Shown here: in pieces, positions 39,552-50,783 of the stretch
How the letters are laid out: each line of letters starts with the position of its first letter
How positions within the stretch are numbered: the first letter of the stretch is position 1
The notes under the pieces: model-generated
Told to the model about the DNA's origin: nothing
What the model saw: the letters and a program-made list of their open reading frames with translations, nothing else
Databases searched by the model: none
NCBI GenBank assembly: GCA_965235125.1
Contig: CBDDXH010000001.1
Location: 1 to 51,687 of the forward strand
Direction of reading: 5' to 3'
Length of the DNA: 51,687 nt
Source: Candidatus Pelagibacterales bacterium
GTDB lineage: Bacteria > Pseudomonadota > Alphaproteobacteria > Pelagibacterales > Pelagibacteraceae
Made by a program: the position numbers and the translations under genes

Positions 39552-41114
39552 TCATTCAAGCTCAATAGTGCTTGGAGGTTTTGAAGTTATATCATAAACA
39601 ACTCTATTTATACCTTTTACGCCATTTATGATTTTATTTGAAATTTTATCTAAAAAATTCTTTGGAAAATTAAAATAATCAGCTGTCATGCCATCTTCTG
39701 AAACTACCGCTCTAATTAAACAAATATATTCATACGTTCTTGAATCGCCCATAACACCTACGGTCTTTACTGGCAACAAAGCAGCGTAGGCTTGCCAAAT
39801 TTTATCATATAAATTATTTTTAATAAGTTCTTGGATAAAAATGTAGTCAGCTTCTTGTAAAATTTTAACTTTTTCAGGAGTTATATTTCCAACCATCCTT
39901 ATAGCTAATCCAGGGCCTGGAAAAGGATGCTTACTTGATATGCTTTTAACTAATCCAAGTGATTTTCCTAATGCTCTCACCTCGTCTTTAAAAAAATCTT
40001 TTAAAGGTTCTATCAATTGTAAATTCATTTCTTTTGGAAGCCCTCCAACATTGTGGTGTGATTTAATTTTAGAAGTTTTACTGCCTGTAGCTGATCTGCT
40101 TTCAATAATATCAGGATATAAAGTTCCTTGAGCTAAGAATTTCACATTTTTAAATGATTTAGCCTCTTTTTCGAATAACTTAATAAATAAATTACCTATA
40201 ATTTTTCTCTTTTTTTCAGGGTTGATGACATTTTTAAGCTTTTTAAAGTAAATTTTTGATGCATCAATTATTTTTACATTTAGTTTATATTTATTTCTAA
40301 ATATTTGATAACTGGTTTTAAATTCATCTTTTCTCATTAAACCTGTATCGACCATTATGCATTTTAAATTTTTACCTATAGCTTTGTGAATCAACAAAGC
40401 GACTACACTGCTATCGACTCCGCCTGATAAAGCACAAATAACTCTATTTTTTTGTACTGTCTCTTTGATTTCTCTTATAATTCTATTTTTTTCAGAATTT
40501 AATTTCCATTGTTTTTTTGCTTTACAAATATCAAAAATAAAATTTTTAAAAATAATATTTCCATTATCTGTATGAGTGACTTCGGGATGAAATTGGATTC
40601 CATATATTTTTCTTTTTTTATCTTCTATAATAGTCATTGGGGATTGGGACGTCGAAGCGATTCTTGAAAATCCTTTAGGTAATTTCTGAACTGAATCTTG
40701 GTGGCTCATCCAAACAGTAGATTTATTTTTATTAAAAAAATTCTTAATTAATCGAGAATTTTTTTTTTTAATTAGAATAGCTCTACCAAACTCTCTTTTT
40801 GTAACATTTGCTTTAACTATTCCTTTAAATTGTTTAACAATTAATTGGAGACCATAGCAAATTCCAAGAATAGGAATATTTAAATGAAATATTTCTTTCG
40901 GTATTTTAGGAAATAAACTTTTTGTAACCGTTGAGGGTCCGCCAGACAGGATGATGCCTCTTACATTTGAAGATATACTATTTTTTTTTAAGTCTTTTAA
41001 AGCAATAACTTCAGATAAAACAGAATATTCCCTGATTCTTCTTGCGATTAATTTTGTAACTTGGGAACCAAAATCAATAACAACAATTTTATCTTTATTT
41101 AAATCGTTGTTCAT
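39552..41114 (-). CDS. guaA: GMP synthase (glutamine-hydrolysing)
   Basis: [44 protein letters not shown]. Confidence 0.97.
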   Translation of the reverse strand: MNNDLNKDKIVVIDFGSQVTKLIARRIREYSVLSEVIALKDLKKNSISSNVRGIILSGGPSTVTKSLFPKIPKEIFHLNIPILGICYGLQLIVKQFKGIVKANVTKREFGRAILIKKKNSRLIKNFFNKNKSTVWMSHQDSVQKLPKGFSRIASTSQSPMTIIEDKKRKIYGIQFHPEVTHTDNGNIIFKNFIFDICKAKKQWKLNSEKNRIIREIKETVQKNRVICALSGGVDSSVVALLIHKAIGKNLKCIMVDTGLMRKDEFKTSYQIFRNKYKLNVKIIDASKIYFKKLKNVINPEKKRKIIGNLFIKLFEKEAKSFKNVKFLAQGTLYPDIIESRSATGSKTSKIKSHHNVGGLPKEMNLQLIEPLKDFFKDEVRALGKSLGLVKSISSKHPFPGPGLAIRMVGNITPEKVKILQEADYIFIQELIKNNLYDKIWQAYAALLPVKTVGVMGDSRTYEYICLIRAVVSEDGMTADYFNFPKNFLDKISNKIINGVKGINRVVYDITSKPPSTIELE

Positions 41115-41542
41115 TCACTTTTGAATGAACTGTCTAGTTTTGATTGTAGTTCTGCTTTAGATGAGCACATTTTTTCACATACTAAAGTAAATGTTTTTAT
41201 AAGTTCTTTAGCTTTAACATAATTAGAATTCTTAATATTCAGTAAAGTTAAAAGATAAATTGCCTCTTCTTTTTTTGGATTTAGTAACAATACAGTATTT
41301 AAGTTATTTTCTTCTAAACTATTTTTTTCTTCTTCTTTAAAAATCTTTGCTAGAAAAAGATAAGAGTTTTCATTTTTAGGATTGAAAACTATATCCTTTT
41401 CAAAATAAAATTTTGAATCTTTATATTTTTTGTTTTCAAAAAGTTTTTTTCCATTTTCAAAATATGAGTTTTTAGCGTTTGCAGATAAATGACTGTGAAT
41501 AAATAAAAATATAGATATAAAAATAATCAGAAATTTTTTCAT
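41111..41542 (-). CDS. Exported tetratricopeptide-repeat protein
   Basis: Signal peptide; TPR-like helices ([35 protein letters not shown]). Confidence 0.65.
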   Translation of the reverse strand: MKKFLIIFISIFLFIHSHLSANAKNSYFENGKKLFENKKYKDSKFYFEKDIVFNPKNENSYLFLAKIFKEEEKNSLEENNLNTVLLLNPKKEEAIYLLTLLNIKNSNYVKAKELIKTFTLVCEKMCSSKAELQSKLDSSFKSE

Positions 41543-41566
41543 AGTTAATAATTAGTTACTTCTTTT

Positions 41567-42619
41567 TTATGTTTCTACGCTATGTACCATACTTTCATAA
41601 AATCCTGCTTTAGTGATTTTTATAAACTTTGCTTTTTTTTGAATGTCTTCAATCGTTTTTGCCCCTATATAGCCCATAGACGATCTAAGGCCACCTTGTA
41701 ATTGATATAAAATTTCATCAACTGAACCTTTATAGGGTACTTTTGCTTCAACACCTTCTGGAACAAATTTTGATTTATCTTTTTGGTGTTTCTGAAAATA
41801 TCTATTTGAAGAGCCTGCTGACATTGCTCCTATTGATCCCATGCCTCTATAGGTTTTATAAAATTTATTTTTATATTTAAATTTCTTTCCAGGGCTTTCA
41901 TCGGTTCCAGCAAATATTGAGCCCATCATTATAGCATCTGCTCCAGCTGCCAAACCTTTAATAAGGTCTCCTGAAAATTTTATTCCTCCATCAGATATAA
42001 TCTTTATTTTTTTATTTTTCATACTTTTTTTAACTTCCATAACTGCGGAAATTTGAGGAACACCTATGCCCGCTATTATTCTAGTAGTGCAAATAGAACC
42101 AGGGCCAATACCTACTTTTAGAATATCTGCCCCTTCATTGTAAAGCTTAAGCGCTGCTTCGCCTGAAGCAATATTTCCTACACAGATTGGGGTTTTAATA
42201 ACTATTTTTTTAATTTTGCTTAAAATTTTTATAACCCTTTCACTATGCCCATGAGCAGTATCTATAACTATAAGATCTACTCCTGCATTTAAGATTGATT
42301 TAGCTCTTATTAAATCTTCGTCAGCAGTACCTACTGCAGCACCTACGATTAATTTTTTATTTTTAACTTTTTTAATTTCTTTAACCTGATCGTTTATAGA
42401 TAAATTACGATGAATAATTCCTATGCCCCCTTTTTGAGCAATAGCTATAGCCATATTAGATTCAGTTACAGTGTCCATAGCAGATGACAAAAATGGAGAT
42501 TTTAAATTTAAATTATGGCCTAGTTTTATGTTTAAATTTGTTTCTGAAGGAAGGACTGAGGAATACCTTGGTAAGAGAAGTACGTCATCGAATGTGAGAG
42601 TCTCTTTGATTGGTTCCAT
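41567..42619 (-). CDS. guaB: IMP dehydrogenase lacking CBS domains; C-terminus apparently frameshifted
   Basis: [46 protein letters not shown]. Likely start is ATG 42619. Confidence 0.93.
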   Translation of the reverse strand: MEPIKETLTFDDVLLLPRYSSVLPSETNLNIKLGHNLNLKSPFLSSAMDTVTESNMAIAIAQKGGIGIIHRNLSINDQVKEIKKVKNKKLIVGAAVGTADEDLIRAKSILNAGVDLIVIDTAHGHSERVIKILSKIKKIVIKTPICVGNIASGEAALKLYNEGADILKVGIGPGSICTTRIIAGIGVPQISAVMEVKKSMKNKKIKIISDGGIKFSGDLIKGLAAGADAIMMGSIFAGTDESPGKKFKYKNKFYKTYRGMGSIGAMSAGSSNRYFQKHQKDKSKFVPEGVEAKVPYKGSVDEILYQLQGGLRSSMGYIGAKTIEDIQKKAKFIKITKAGFYESMVHSVET

Positions 42620-42645
42620 ATACACTTATATACAATTTTAATAAT

Positions 42646-43272
42646 TTATAAAGTCTTTAATAAGGAACAAATAATATAAGTTTCTTTTGACTCACTTCTG
42701 CTTGATTCTGGTTTAAAAAAATTAACTTTTTTGAAATTATTTTTTGCTAAATTCTGTACATTTAAAAAATCTTCACCCATAAATAATTTACATATTAAAG
42801 TTCCTTTATTATTTAGCATCTTTAAAGAAAAATTAATAACCTCAGTACAAAGGTTATTAGTTCTAATAGAATCAAGACTTTTATTTCCAGTTGTATTTTC
42901 GGCCATGTCAGAAACGATAACATCAATTTTAGTGCCAAAGGTATTAAGAATTTTTTCCTGCGTTTCTTTTTCTAAAAAATCATTGTTTAAAAAAAAAACA
43001 TTTTCAATCTTCTCCATAGAAGTTATATCTATAGCTACAATTTTTCCATTAGTAACAATTTTAGACGCTACTTGAGACCAACCACCGGGCGCAGAACCAA
43101 CATCTAATAAATTAGAGTTTTTTTTTATAAAATTAAATTTTTTATTTAATTCTAATAATTTAAAAGCTGATCTTGATCTATAACCTAAAACTTTAGCTTT
43201 TTTAAAGAATTGATCCCTGTGTTGTTTTATAACCCAGGTTCTACTTTTCTTTGCTCGTTTTGACTTTTTCAT
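42646..43272 (-). CDS. rlmE: 23S rRNA Um2552 methyltransferase
   Basis: GYRSRSAFKL, DVGSAPGGWSQ, SDMA, KPESSR.ES.E.Y. Confidence 0.95.
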   Translation of the reverse strand: MKKSKRAKKSRTWVIKQHRDQFFKKAKVLGYRSRSAFKLLELNKKFNFIKKNSNLLDVGSAPGGWSQVASKIVTNGKIVAIDITSMEKIENVFFLNNDFLEKETQEKILNTFGTKIDVIVSDMAENTTGNKSLDSIRTNNLCTEVINFSLKMLNNKGTLICKLFMGEDFLNVQNLAKNNFKKVNFFKPESSRSESKETYIICSLLKTL

Positions 43273-44060
43273 TAAAGAATATCTTCATGATCTTCTTCCA
43301 GAATGTTATGAGCTTTTTTTAAAGTTTGTTTATATGAGTAATAACTTATTGGGATTGATAACAAGTATGTAATTCCAACAACTAATAAGGATTCAAACGT
43401 AAAAAAAATTAAAAAAATAAAAATAATAATTATCCCAAATAATAAAAAAATAGTTAGCTGACTGGATACTTTTATTTTTTTTAATGAAAAAGTCGGTATT
43501 TTACTGATTAAAAGAAAAGCGACAAAAACGACAAGATATGGCGTGATAATTTTAACATCAAAGTTTAATTCAAGATTAGATAGTTCATAAATTAATGGCA
43601 ATAATATTAAGCCCGCTCCGGCAGGAGAAGGAATACCTTCAAAAAAATGTAATTTCCATTCTGCATCTTCTGAAGTTTTGGTTAAGTTAAACCTTGCTAA
43701 TCTTAAGACACAACAAACAGAAAAAATTAAAGTTATAGCCCAGCCAATTTTTCCATAATTTTTTAATTCCCAAAAATATAAAATGAAGGCTGGTGCAATT
43801 CCAAAACTTACAAAATCAGTTAGAGAGTCTAATTCTTTACCAAACTCTGATGTGCCCTTAATTAGTCTTGCTATTCTTCCGTCTAGCGTGTCTATGATCC
43901 CGGCACAAACTAGAAAAATAACTGCTAAATTATAATTTTGATCTAGGGCAAATTTGATGGAACTAATCCCTAAACAAACACCAATGATAGTTAGCAAACT
44001 AGGTAAAATAAATCTAGATTTTTTTGATGAGACTAGATGAAAAGGATTTTTTTTTTCCAT
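43272..44060 (-). CDS. pssA: CDP-diacylglycerol--serine O-phosphatidyltransferase
   Basis: DTLDGRIAR...FGKELDSLTDFVSFG CDP-alcohol phosphotransferase motif, RLARFN; follows psd. Likely start is ATG 44060. Confidence 0.88.
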   Translation of the reverse strand: MEKKNPFHLVSSKKSRFILPSLLTIIGVCLGISSIKFALDQNYNLAVIFLVCAGIIDTLDGRIARLIKGTSEFGKELDSLTDFVSFGIAPAFILYFWELKNYGKIGWAITLIFSVCCVLRLARFNLTKTSEDAEWKLHFFEGIPSPAGAGLILLPLIYELSNLELNFDVKIITPYLVVFVAFLLISKIPTFSLKKIKVSSQLTIFLLFGIIIIFIFLIFFTFESLLVVGITYLLSIPISYYSYKQTLKKAHNILEEDHEDIL

Positions 44061-44061
44061 T

Positions 44062-44709
44062 TTATTTAACTGCAATTAAGCTTTCTCCTGCAACTACATT
44101 CTGACCAAGCTTAGCTAATAATGTTCTATTTCTAAAATAAAGATCAACCCTACTTCCAAATCTGATCATTCCAACTCTATCACCTTGAACTAGAGTTTGA
44201 TTTACCTCTACTTCGCAAACTATTCTTCTTGCGATTAATCCTGCTATTTGAACAATAATAATTTCGTCTCCTTCTTTAGTTTTTAATCGATAATAATTTC
44301 TCTCATTTAAATCACTAGCCTTGTCGAGTGAGGCATTTAAAAATATTCCAGGTTCATAAAGTATTTCTTCTACCTTACCAGATACTGGCGTTCGATTTAC
44401 ATGGCAATTAAAAACATTCATAAAAATACTAACTTTAGTAAATTTTTCATTCTCTAAAGAAAGTTCCATTGGACCATCAACTTCGTCTATACTGCAAATT
44501 AATCCATCTGCAGGACTCACAAGATAATTGTCATCTTGTATTGAAACACGATCAGGATCTCTAAAAAAATAATAAACCCAAACGGTGAGAAGCATTGTGA
44601 TCAAACCTAAAGGTTTAGATAAAAGTAAAGATACAAATGTTATTAATGCTGCTATCGCTAAAAAACGGTAACCTTCTTTATGTATTTTCGGAAACACTGA
44701 ATCAAGCAT
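44062..44709 (-). CDS. psd: Phosphatidylserine decarboxylase proenzyme
   Basis: FFRDPDR, SPADG, HVNRTP, QIAGLIARRI, and the FGSRVD self-cleavage motif. Confidence 0.95.
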   Translation of the reverse strand: MLDSVFPKIHKEGYRFLAIAALITFVSLLLSKPLGLITMLLTVWVYYFFRDPDRVSIQDDNYLVSPADGLICSIDEVDGPMELSLENEKFTKVSIFMNVFNCHVNRTPVSGKVEEILYEPGIFLNASLDKASDLNERNYYRLKTKEGDEIIIVQIAGLIARRIVCEVEVNQTLVQGDRVGMIRFGSRVDLYFRNRTLLAKLGQNVVAGESLIAVK

Positions 44710-44772
44710 ATATAAAATTTGATAGTTTTTGTTAATAAGTATAAAAATCTATTTTAGTCAATTTAAATTTAT

Positions 44773-45987
44773 ATGTCTAAGATTAAGGTAAAAAATCCAG
44801 TAGTAGAGTTAGATGGTGACGAAATGACTAGAATTATTTGGTCATTTATCAAAGAAAAACTTATTACTCCCTATTTAGATTTAAACATCAAATACTATGA
44901 CTTAGGTGTTGAAAATAGAGATAAAACATCTGATCAAATCACTATCGACTCGGCTAATGCGATCAATAAATTTAGCGTTGGAATTAAGTGTGCAACAATT
45001 ACTCCAGATGAAGAAAGAGTAAAAGAATTCAATTTAAAAAAAATGTGGAAATCTCCTAATGGAACTATAAGAAATATTTTAGGCGGAACCGTTTTTAGAG
45101 AACCTATTCTATGTAAAAATATACCAAAATTAGTTCCTACGTGGACCAAACCAATTGTAATTGGACGACATGCATTTGGTGATCAATATAAAGCTACAGA
45201 TTTTTTAGTTCCTGGAAAAGGCAAGATGGAAATTAAATGGACTTCTGAAGATGGAAAACAAAAAAAAGAATTTGAGGTGTTTAACTTTCCTGGGCCAGGC
45301 GTTGCTTTGTCTATGTACAACTTAGATGAATCTATCAAAGATTTTGCAAGAGCTTGTATGAATTATGGTCTACAAAGAAATTGGCCCGTCTATTTATCAA
45401 CAAAAAACACAATTTTAAAAGCTTACGATGGAAGGTTTAAAGATTTATTTGAAGAAGTTTTTAAAAAAGAATTTTCGGTAAAATTTAAATTAGCCAATAT
45501 AACTTATGAACATAGATTAATTGATGACATGGTGGCATGTGCAATGAAATGGAGTGGAGGATATATATGGGCATGTAAAAATTATGATGGTGATGTTCAA
45601 TCAGATACAGTTGCCCAAGGGTTTGGTTCGTTAGGTCTTATGACAAGTGTATTAATATCTCCCGATGGAAAAACGGTTGAAGCAGAAGCCGCTCATGGAA
45701 CTGTTACGAGACACTATCGAATGCATCAACAAGGAAAAGAAACTTCTACTAATCCAATTGCTTCTATTTTTGCGTGGACACAGGGTTTGGCTCACAGAGG
45801 TAAGTTAGATGGAAATAACGAACTTATTAAATTTTCAAAGACATTAGAAAATGTGTGCGTTAAAACAGTAGAGAGCGGATCAATGACTAAAGATTTAGCT
45901 ATATTAATTAATAAATCGACTAAGTACCTAACAACAACAGAATTTCTTGAAACCATAAATTCAAATTTAAAAAAAAAACTTAACTAA
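44773..45987 (+). CDS. icd: NADP-dependent isocitrate dehydrogenase
   Basis: [49 protein letters not shown]. Confidence 0.97.
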   Translation: MSKIKVKNPVVELDGDEMTRIIWSFIKEKLITPYLDLNIKYYDLGVENRDKTSDQITIDSANAINKFSVGIKCATITPDEERVKEFNLKKMWKSPNGTIRNILGGTVFREPILCKNIPKLVPTWTKPIVIGRHAFGDQYKATDFLVPGKGKMEIKWTSEDGKQKKEFEVFNFPGPGVALSMYNLDESIKDFARACMNYGLQRNWPVYLSTKNTILKAYDGRFKDLFEEVFKKEFSVKFKLANITYEHRLIDDMVACAMKWSGGYIWACKNYDGDVQSDTVAQGFGSLGLMTSVLISPDGKTVEAEAAHGTVTRHYRMHQQGKETSTNPIASIFAWTQGLAHRGKLDGNNELIKFSKTLENVCVKTVESGSMTKDLAILINKSTKYLTTTEFLETINSNLKKKLN

Positions 45988-48655
45988 TATTTTTACTTAA
46001 AGCTTTATAAGCTTCTTCAATTTTTTCTTTATTTACCCCACCAGCTTGTGCAAAATCTTTTCTTCCGCCTCCGCCTTGACCACCCAAAATTTCAGATGCT
46101 TGCTTGACTAAAGCTACAGCATCAAATTTTTCGGTTAGCTTGGTAGAAATGCCAATGGCTACGCCAACTTTATCTTCAAAGTTACAAAAAACTATTACAA
46201 CTCCTTCTTTGATTTCTTTTTTTCCTTCTTCAACTATATTCTTTAATTCTTTAAACGGAAGACCATTTAATATTTGATATCTTAAAATAAAATTATTTAT
46301 TTTTATATCTTTGATAACGTTTTTGTTTTTATCTTTGATAATATTTTGAATTTTAATTTTTTCTAATTGTTTTGTTAGATTTTTTAGATTTTCTTTTAAT
46401 TCAATGTTTTCATTGTAATCTGGTGATATATTAAATGATTTTAATTCTAGTTTAATAGAATTAATTTCTTCCATTAAATTTTTTTCTTTATTATATTTAT
46501 TTTCGTTTAATGATTTTTCATAAACCTCTAGTTGTTTATCTCTTAATGCCTCAACTCTCCTGATTCCAGAAGCGATGGATGATTGACTGACTATTTTAAA
46601 TCTTCCAATATTTTTTGTATTCCTAACATGAGTTCCTCCACACAGTTCAGTTGAAAAAAAAGAACTTCCTTCTTTACCCATAGATAAAACCCTAACTTCT
46701 TCACTGTATTTTTCTCCAAATAAAGCTAAAGCCCCATTTTCTACTGCTTCAGTTTTTGACATAATTCGGGTTTTTACATCGCTAGCGGTAGCAACCATAT
46801 CGTTTACAAATTTTTCAATCTTAATAATTTCACTATTTTCTATGGGTTTATTGTGACTAAAATCAAATCTTAATTTCTCATGACTAACAAAAGATCCTTT
46901 CTGTGTAACGTGTTTACCAAGAGTTCTTCTTAATGCCTCATGAAGTAAGTGAGTTGCTGAATGATAGGCTCTTGTATCATTTCTCTTTTCAGTATTAATT
47001 TCTAAATTTACGCTTTGACCAATTTTAATTTTTCCCGATTCAACTTTTGCTACATGGACATGTAGGTCTCCCATCTTCTTTAAAGTATCTTTGACAGTAA
47101 TTTTACAATCAAAATTTTTGATAATACCTTGATCGCCTATTTGACCGCCTGATTCTCCGTAAAAAGGCGTTTGATTTGTTATTAATTCAATCTCATCTCC
47201 AGCTTTAGCCTCATTAACAAAACTATTTTCTTTTGATATTTTTAGAACAACACCTTCAGCTTTATCGTATTCGTAACCTAAAAATTCTGTTGGATCTAAT
47301 TCTTCTCTAACTTTAAACCATTTTTCCTCTAAAGATTTATCACCTGAGCCTTTCCAGTTAGCTCTAGCTAATTTTTTACTCTTCTCCATTGATTTTTTAA
47401 AGCCAACTTTATCCACGGTAGTATTTTTGCCTCTTAAAATATCTTCAGTTAAATCTAATGGAAATCCGTAAGTATCGTAAAGTTTAAAGGCAATTTCGCC
47501 TGGTAAAACCTTGTTTTTAACTTTTTCTAAATTTTCATCTAAAATTTTAATACCACGCTCTAATAAAGATGAAAACTTTTCTTCCTCGTTTTTAAGTGTT
47601 TCTACAATTAAATCCTTTCCTCTTTTTAATTCAGGATAACTTCCTGACATTTCATTTAAAAGTGTATCAAATAATTTAAAGAAAATAGGATTCTTGCAAC
47701 CTAACGTATGGGCATGACGCATACCTCTTCTCATAATTCTTCTAAGCACATAGCCACGACCTTCATTGGAAGGAAGAATGCCTTCAGCTATTAAAAAACT
47801 GCTTGCTCTTAAATGATCAGCTATAACTCTATGACTAGCAATTGTTTTTTCATTGATTGCTATTTTTGTAATGTCTGCTGAAGCGCTCATTATTTTTTTA
47901 AAATGATCGATACTATAATTATCGTGAGTGCCTTGAAGAACTGCAGTCATTCTCTCTAAACCCATACCTGTATCAACTGATGGTTTTGGTAAATTAATTT
48001 TTTTGTCTTTGGTGACTTGCTCGTACTGCATAAAAACTAGATTCCATATTTCAATGAATCGGTCTCCGTCTTGCTCGGGCGTGCCTGGAGGACCTCCTTT
48101 TAATCTTTCTCCGTGATCATAAAATATTTCGGAGCATGGACCGCATGGGCCTATATCTCCCATTGACCAAAAATTATCTGAAGTTGATATTCTAATTATT
48201 TTATTTTCGCTTAATCCTGCAATTTTTTTCCATAAATTAAAAGAATCGTTATCTTCAGCAAAAACGGTTACTAATAATTTTTCCTTAGGCAAACTAAAAT
48301 CTTTAGTTAACAATTCCCAAGCATGTACAATTGCTTGTTCTTTAAAATAATCTCCAAAAGAGAAATTGCCCAACATTTCAAAAAAAGTATGGTGTCTTGG
48401 AGTGTATCCAACATTTTCTAAATCATTATGTTTACCGCCTGCACGTACACATTTCTGAGATGTGGTTGCTAATTTAAATGGCTTCTTTTCAAGACCGGTA
48501 AAAACGTTCTTGAATTGAACCATTCCAGAATTCGTAAACATTAATGTTGGATCGTTATTTGGAACTAAATTACTAGACTCAACAATTTGGTGATTGTTTT
48601 TTTTAAAATAATCTAAAAATTTTCTTCTAACATCGGTTAATAAAATCTGACCCAT
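45980..48655 (-). CDS. alaS: Alanine--tRNA ligase
   Basis: [52 protein letters not shown]. Confidence 0.97.
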   Translation of the reverse strand: MGQILLTDVRRKFLDYFKKNNHQIVESSNLVPNNDPTLMFTNSGMVQFKNVFTGLEKKPFKLATTSQKCVRAGGKHNDLENVGYTPRHHTFFEMLGNFSFGDYFKEQAIVHAWELLTKDFSLPKEKLLVTVFAEDNDSFNLWKKIAGLSENKIIRISTSDNFWSMGDIGPCGPCSEIFYDHGERLKGGPPGTPEQDGDRFIEIWNLVFMQYEQVTKDKKINLPKPSVDTGMGLERMTAVLQGTHDNYSIDHFKKIMSASADITKIAINEKTIASHRVIADHLRASSFLIAEGILPSNEGRGYVLRRIMRRGMRHAHTLGCKNPIFFKLFDTLLNEMSGSYPELKRGKDLIVETLKNEEEKFSSLLERGIKILDENLEKVKNKVLPGEIAFKLYDTYGFPLDLTEDILRGKNTTVDKVGFKKSMEKSKKLARANWKGSGDKSLEEKWFKVREELDPTEFLGYEYDKAEGVVLKISKENSFVNEAKAGDEIELITNQTPFYGESGGQIGDQGIIKNFDCKITVKDTLKKMGDLHVHVAKVESGKIKIGQSVNLEINTEKRNDTRAYHSATHLLHEALRRTLGKHVTQKGSFVSHEKLRFDFSHNKPIENSEIIKIEKFVNDMVATASDVKTRIMSKTEAVENGALALFGEKYSEEVRVLSMGKEGSSFFSTELCGGTHVRNTKNIGRFKIVSQSSIASGIRRVEALRDKQLEVYEKSLNENKYNKEKNLMEEINSIKLELKSFNISPDYNENIELKENLKNLTKQLEKIKIQNIIKDKNKNVIKDIKINNFILRYQILNGLPFKELKNIVEEGKKEIKEGVVIVFCNFEDKVGVAIGISTKLTEKFDAVALVKQASEILGGQGGGGRKDFAQAGGVNKEKIEEAYKALSKNIS

Positions 48656-48718
48656 ATTTCAATAAATACAGATATTTTTTGATATGTCTATAAGGCTAAG
48701 TGATGATTTTTTTTACTT

Positions 48719-49057
48719 TTAATTGTCTTCGACCAAACAAATTTCTGATTTAGTGAGAAATCTTCGACCTGTTCCATTATCAAGCGAAAACATTCCACCT
48801 ATACCATTTACAGCATCGATAATAAGATCGGTATGCTTCCAAGTCTCGTATTGGTCTACATTCATGTAAAATGGTGTGCCGTCAATTTCACCTAATTTAA
48901 TGTCACTATTTCCTACTAAATATTCTTTAGCAGGAAAACACATAGGAGCGCTCCCATCGCAGCAGCCGCCTGACTGATGAAAAAGAAGATCGTTGCCATG
49001 AACTTTTTTAAGATCGTTTAGTAATTTTTTAGCAGGTAAGGTTGCGGTAACTTTCAT
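48719..49057 (-). CDS. DUF779 family protein
   Basis: FHQSGGCCDGSAPMC, QYETWKHT, GGMFSLD..G.RFL; typical neighbour of AldB-type dehydrogenases. Confidence 0.88.
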   Translation of the reverse strand: MKVTATLPAKKLLNDLKKVHGNDLLFHQSGGCCDGSAPMCFPAKEYLVGNSDIKLGEIDGTPFYMNVDQYETWKHTDLIIDAVNGIGGMFSLDNGTGRRFLTKSEICLVEDN

Positions 49058-49062
49058 AATTA

Positions 49063-49089
49063 AATGGCCCGTAATTGATACGGGCCATT
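49063..49089. repeat. Perfect 11-bp GC-rich stem-loop between the aldehyde dehydrogenase and DUF779 genes
   Basis: AATGGCCCGTA-ATTGA-TACGGGCCATT. No clear U-tract follows, so a terminator role is uncertain. Confidence 0.85.
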
Positions 49090-49101
49090 ATAATATATTT
49101 T

Positions 49102-50652
49102 TTAAAAGAAACCTAGTTTACTCTCACTGTACGACACGTGTAAATTTTTCACTTGTCTATAATGATTTAACATCATTTTGTGAGTCTCTCTTCCAATACC
49201 AGATTGTTTATATCCACCAAAAGCAGCATGAGCTGGATAAGCGTGATAACAGTTTGTCCAAACTCTACCAGCTTGTATTCCTCTACCCATTCTGTATGCG
49301 ATGTTACCATTTCTAGTCCAAACACCTGCGCCTAATCCATAAAGAGTATCGTTAGCAATCTCTAACGCTTCTTTTTCATCTTTAAACTTAGTAACTGATA
49401 CTACAGGTCCAAAGATTTCTTCTTGGAATATTCGCATTTTGTTATGACCTTCAAAAATAGTTGGTTGGATATAATTTCCTTTTTCCAAACCACTATTTAA
49501 TTTAGCAACTGATCCACCACTTAGAACTTTGGCACCTTCTTTCTTGCCTAAATCTAGATAAGATTTTACTTTTTCCATTTGTTCTAATGATGCTAGTGCA
49601 CCAATCATAGTTTCCATCTTCAAAGGATTGTCTTGTATAATGGCTTTTGTTCTCTTTATAGCTCTCTCCATAAATCTATCGTAGATAGACTCTTGAATTA
49701 AAGCTCTGCTAGGACAAGTACAAACTTCTCCTTGGTTAAGAGCAAACATTGTGAACCCTTCTAAACATTTGTCAAAAAATGCATCATCTTTATCCAAAAT
49801 ATCTTCAAAGAAAATATTTGGAGATTTTCCACCTAATTCTAATGTGATTGGAATTAAGTTTTGTGACGCATATTGCATGATCAATCGTCCAGTTGTTGTT
49901 TCACCTGTGAAAGCAATCTTTCTAATTCTTTTTGAAGATGCTAAAGGTTTGCCTGCTTCTAAACCGTAGCCACTAATTACGTTAACCACTCCCGCCGGTA
50001 ACAAGTCACCAATTAATTCCATTAAAAGTAAAATAGAAGCTGGTGTTTGTTCGGCTGGTTTTAATACTACGCAGTTTCCAGCAGCTAATGCTGGTGCTAA
50101 TTTCCAGGTTGCCATTAAAAGTGGAAAATTCCAAGGTATAATTTGCGCAACTACACCAAGTGGTTCAGGTACGTGATAAGAATATTCATTATTACTTATC
50201 TCCGCTACTGAGCCTTCTTCCGCCCTAATTACGCCCGCAAAATATCTCCAGTGATCAATAACTAGTGGTAAATCAGCATAAATACATTCTCTAATTGGCT
50301 TACCATTGTCTAAACATTCTGCGGTTGCTAATAAATTTAGATTTTTTTCTATTACATCAGCAATTTTTAAAAGAATGTTAGATCTTTCTGTGATTGAAGT
50401 CTTTCCCCATGTTGGAAAAGCTGCGTGCGCCGCATCTAATGCTAGCTCTACGTCTTTTTCGTCTGAACGTGGCACCTGACAGATAACTTCATTAGTAATT
50501 GGAGTTGTATTATCAAAATACTTTCCTGATTTTGGTTCTACAAATTTTCCACCAATGTAATTTCCATATCTTGCTTTAAATGGAAATTTTACTTTTAGAT
50601 GAGAGGTATCTATGGAAGATGACATTTTCGTGACTTTAACTTGTGCACTCAT
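49102..50652 (-). CDS. aldB: NAD-dependent aldehyde dehydrogenase (AldB/ExaC/AcoD type)
   Basis: [36 protein letters not shown] (catalytic Cys), [19 protein letters not shown]. Strong SD AGGGGG at 50662-50657. Confidence 0.9.
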   Translation of the reverse strand: MSAQVKVTKMSSSIDTSHLKVKFPFKARYGNYIGGKFVEPKSGKYFDNTTPITNEVICQVPRSDEKDVELALDAAHAAFPTWGKTSITERSNILLKIADVIEKNLNLLATAECLDNGKPIRECIYADLPLVIDHWRYFAGVIRAEEGSVAEISNNEYSYHVPEPLGVVAQIIPWNFPLLMATWKLAPALAAGNCVVLKPAEQTPASILLLMELIGDLLPAGVVNVISGYGLEAGKPLASSKRIRKIAFTGETTTGRLIMQYASQNLIPITLELGGKSPNIFFEDILDKDDAFFDKCLEGFTMFALNQGEVCTCPSRALIQESIYDRFMERAIKRTKAIIQDNPLKMETMIGALASLEQMEKVKSYLDLGKKEGAKVLSGGSVAKLNSGLEKGNYIQPTIFEGHNKMRIFQEEIFGPVVSVTKFKDEKEALEIANDTLYGLGAGVWTRNGNIAYRMGRGIQAGRVWTNCYHAYPAHAAFGGYKQSGIGRETHKMMLNHYRQVKNLHVSYSESKLGFF

Positions 50653-50783
50653 TGTTCCCCCTTTTGTTTATAAATAAAATTTAACTACAAGGAAGAATTT
50701 TTATATACGTAAATTTTTACCTGTATTAAACTTTAGGTTGAAAAATTATTAAGAATAAAGAGGTACAAATTGCGTTTTCATCA

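Noticed and set aside
601-49969. Short alternative-frame ORFs in the track (e.g. 601-948, 8237-8515, 10310-10645, 24772-25107, 28354-28686, 33226-33408, 42731-43075, 49751-49969)
   Set aside because: They lie entirely within well-supported genes, mostly antisense, and show no recognisable motifs; these are expected shadow ORFs.
50712-50747. Imperfect inverted repeat upstream of aldB (AATTTTTACCT...AGGTTGAAAAATT)
   Set aside because: Mostly A/T pairs with a bulge; not distinguishable from background by eye.
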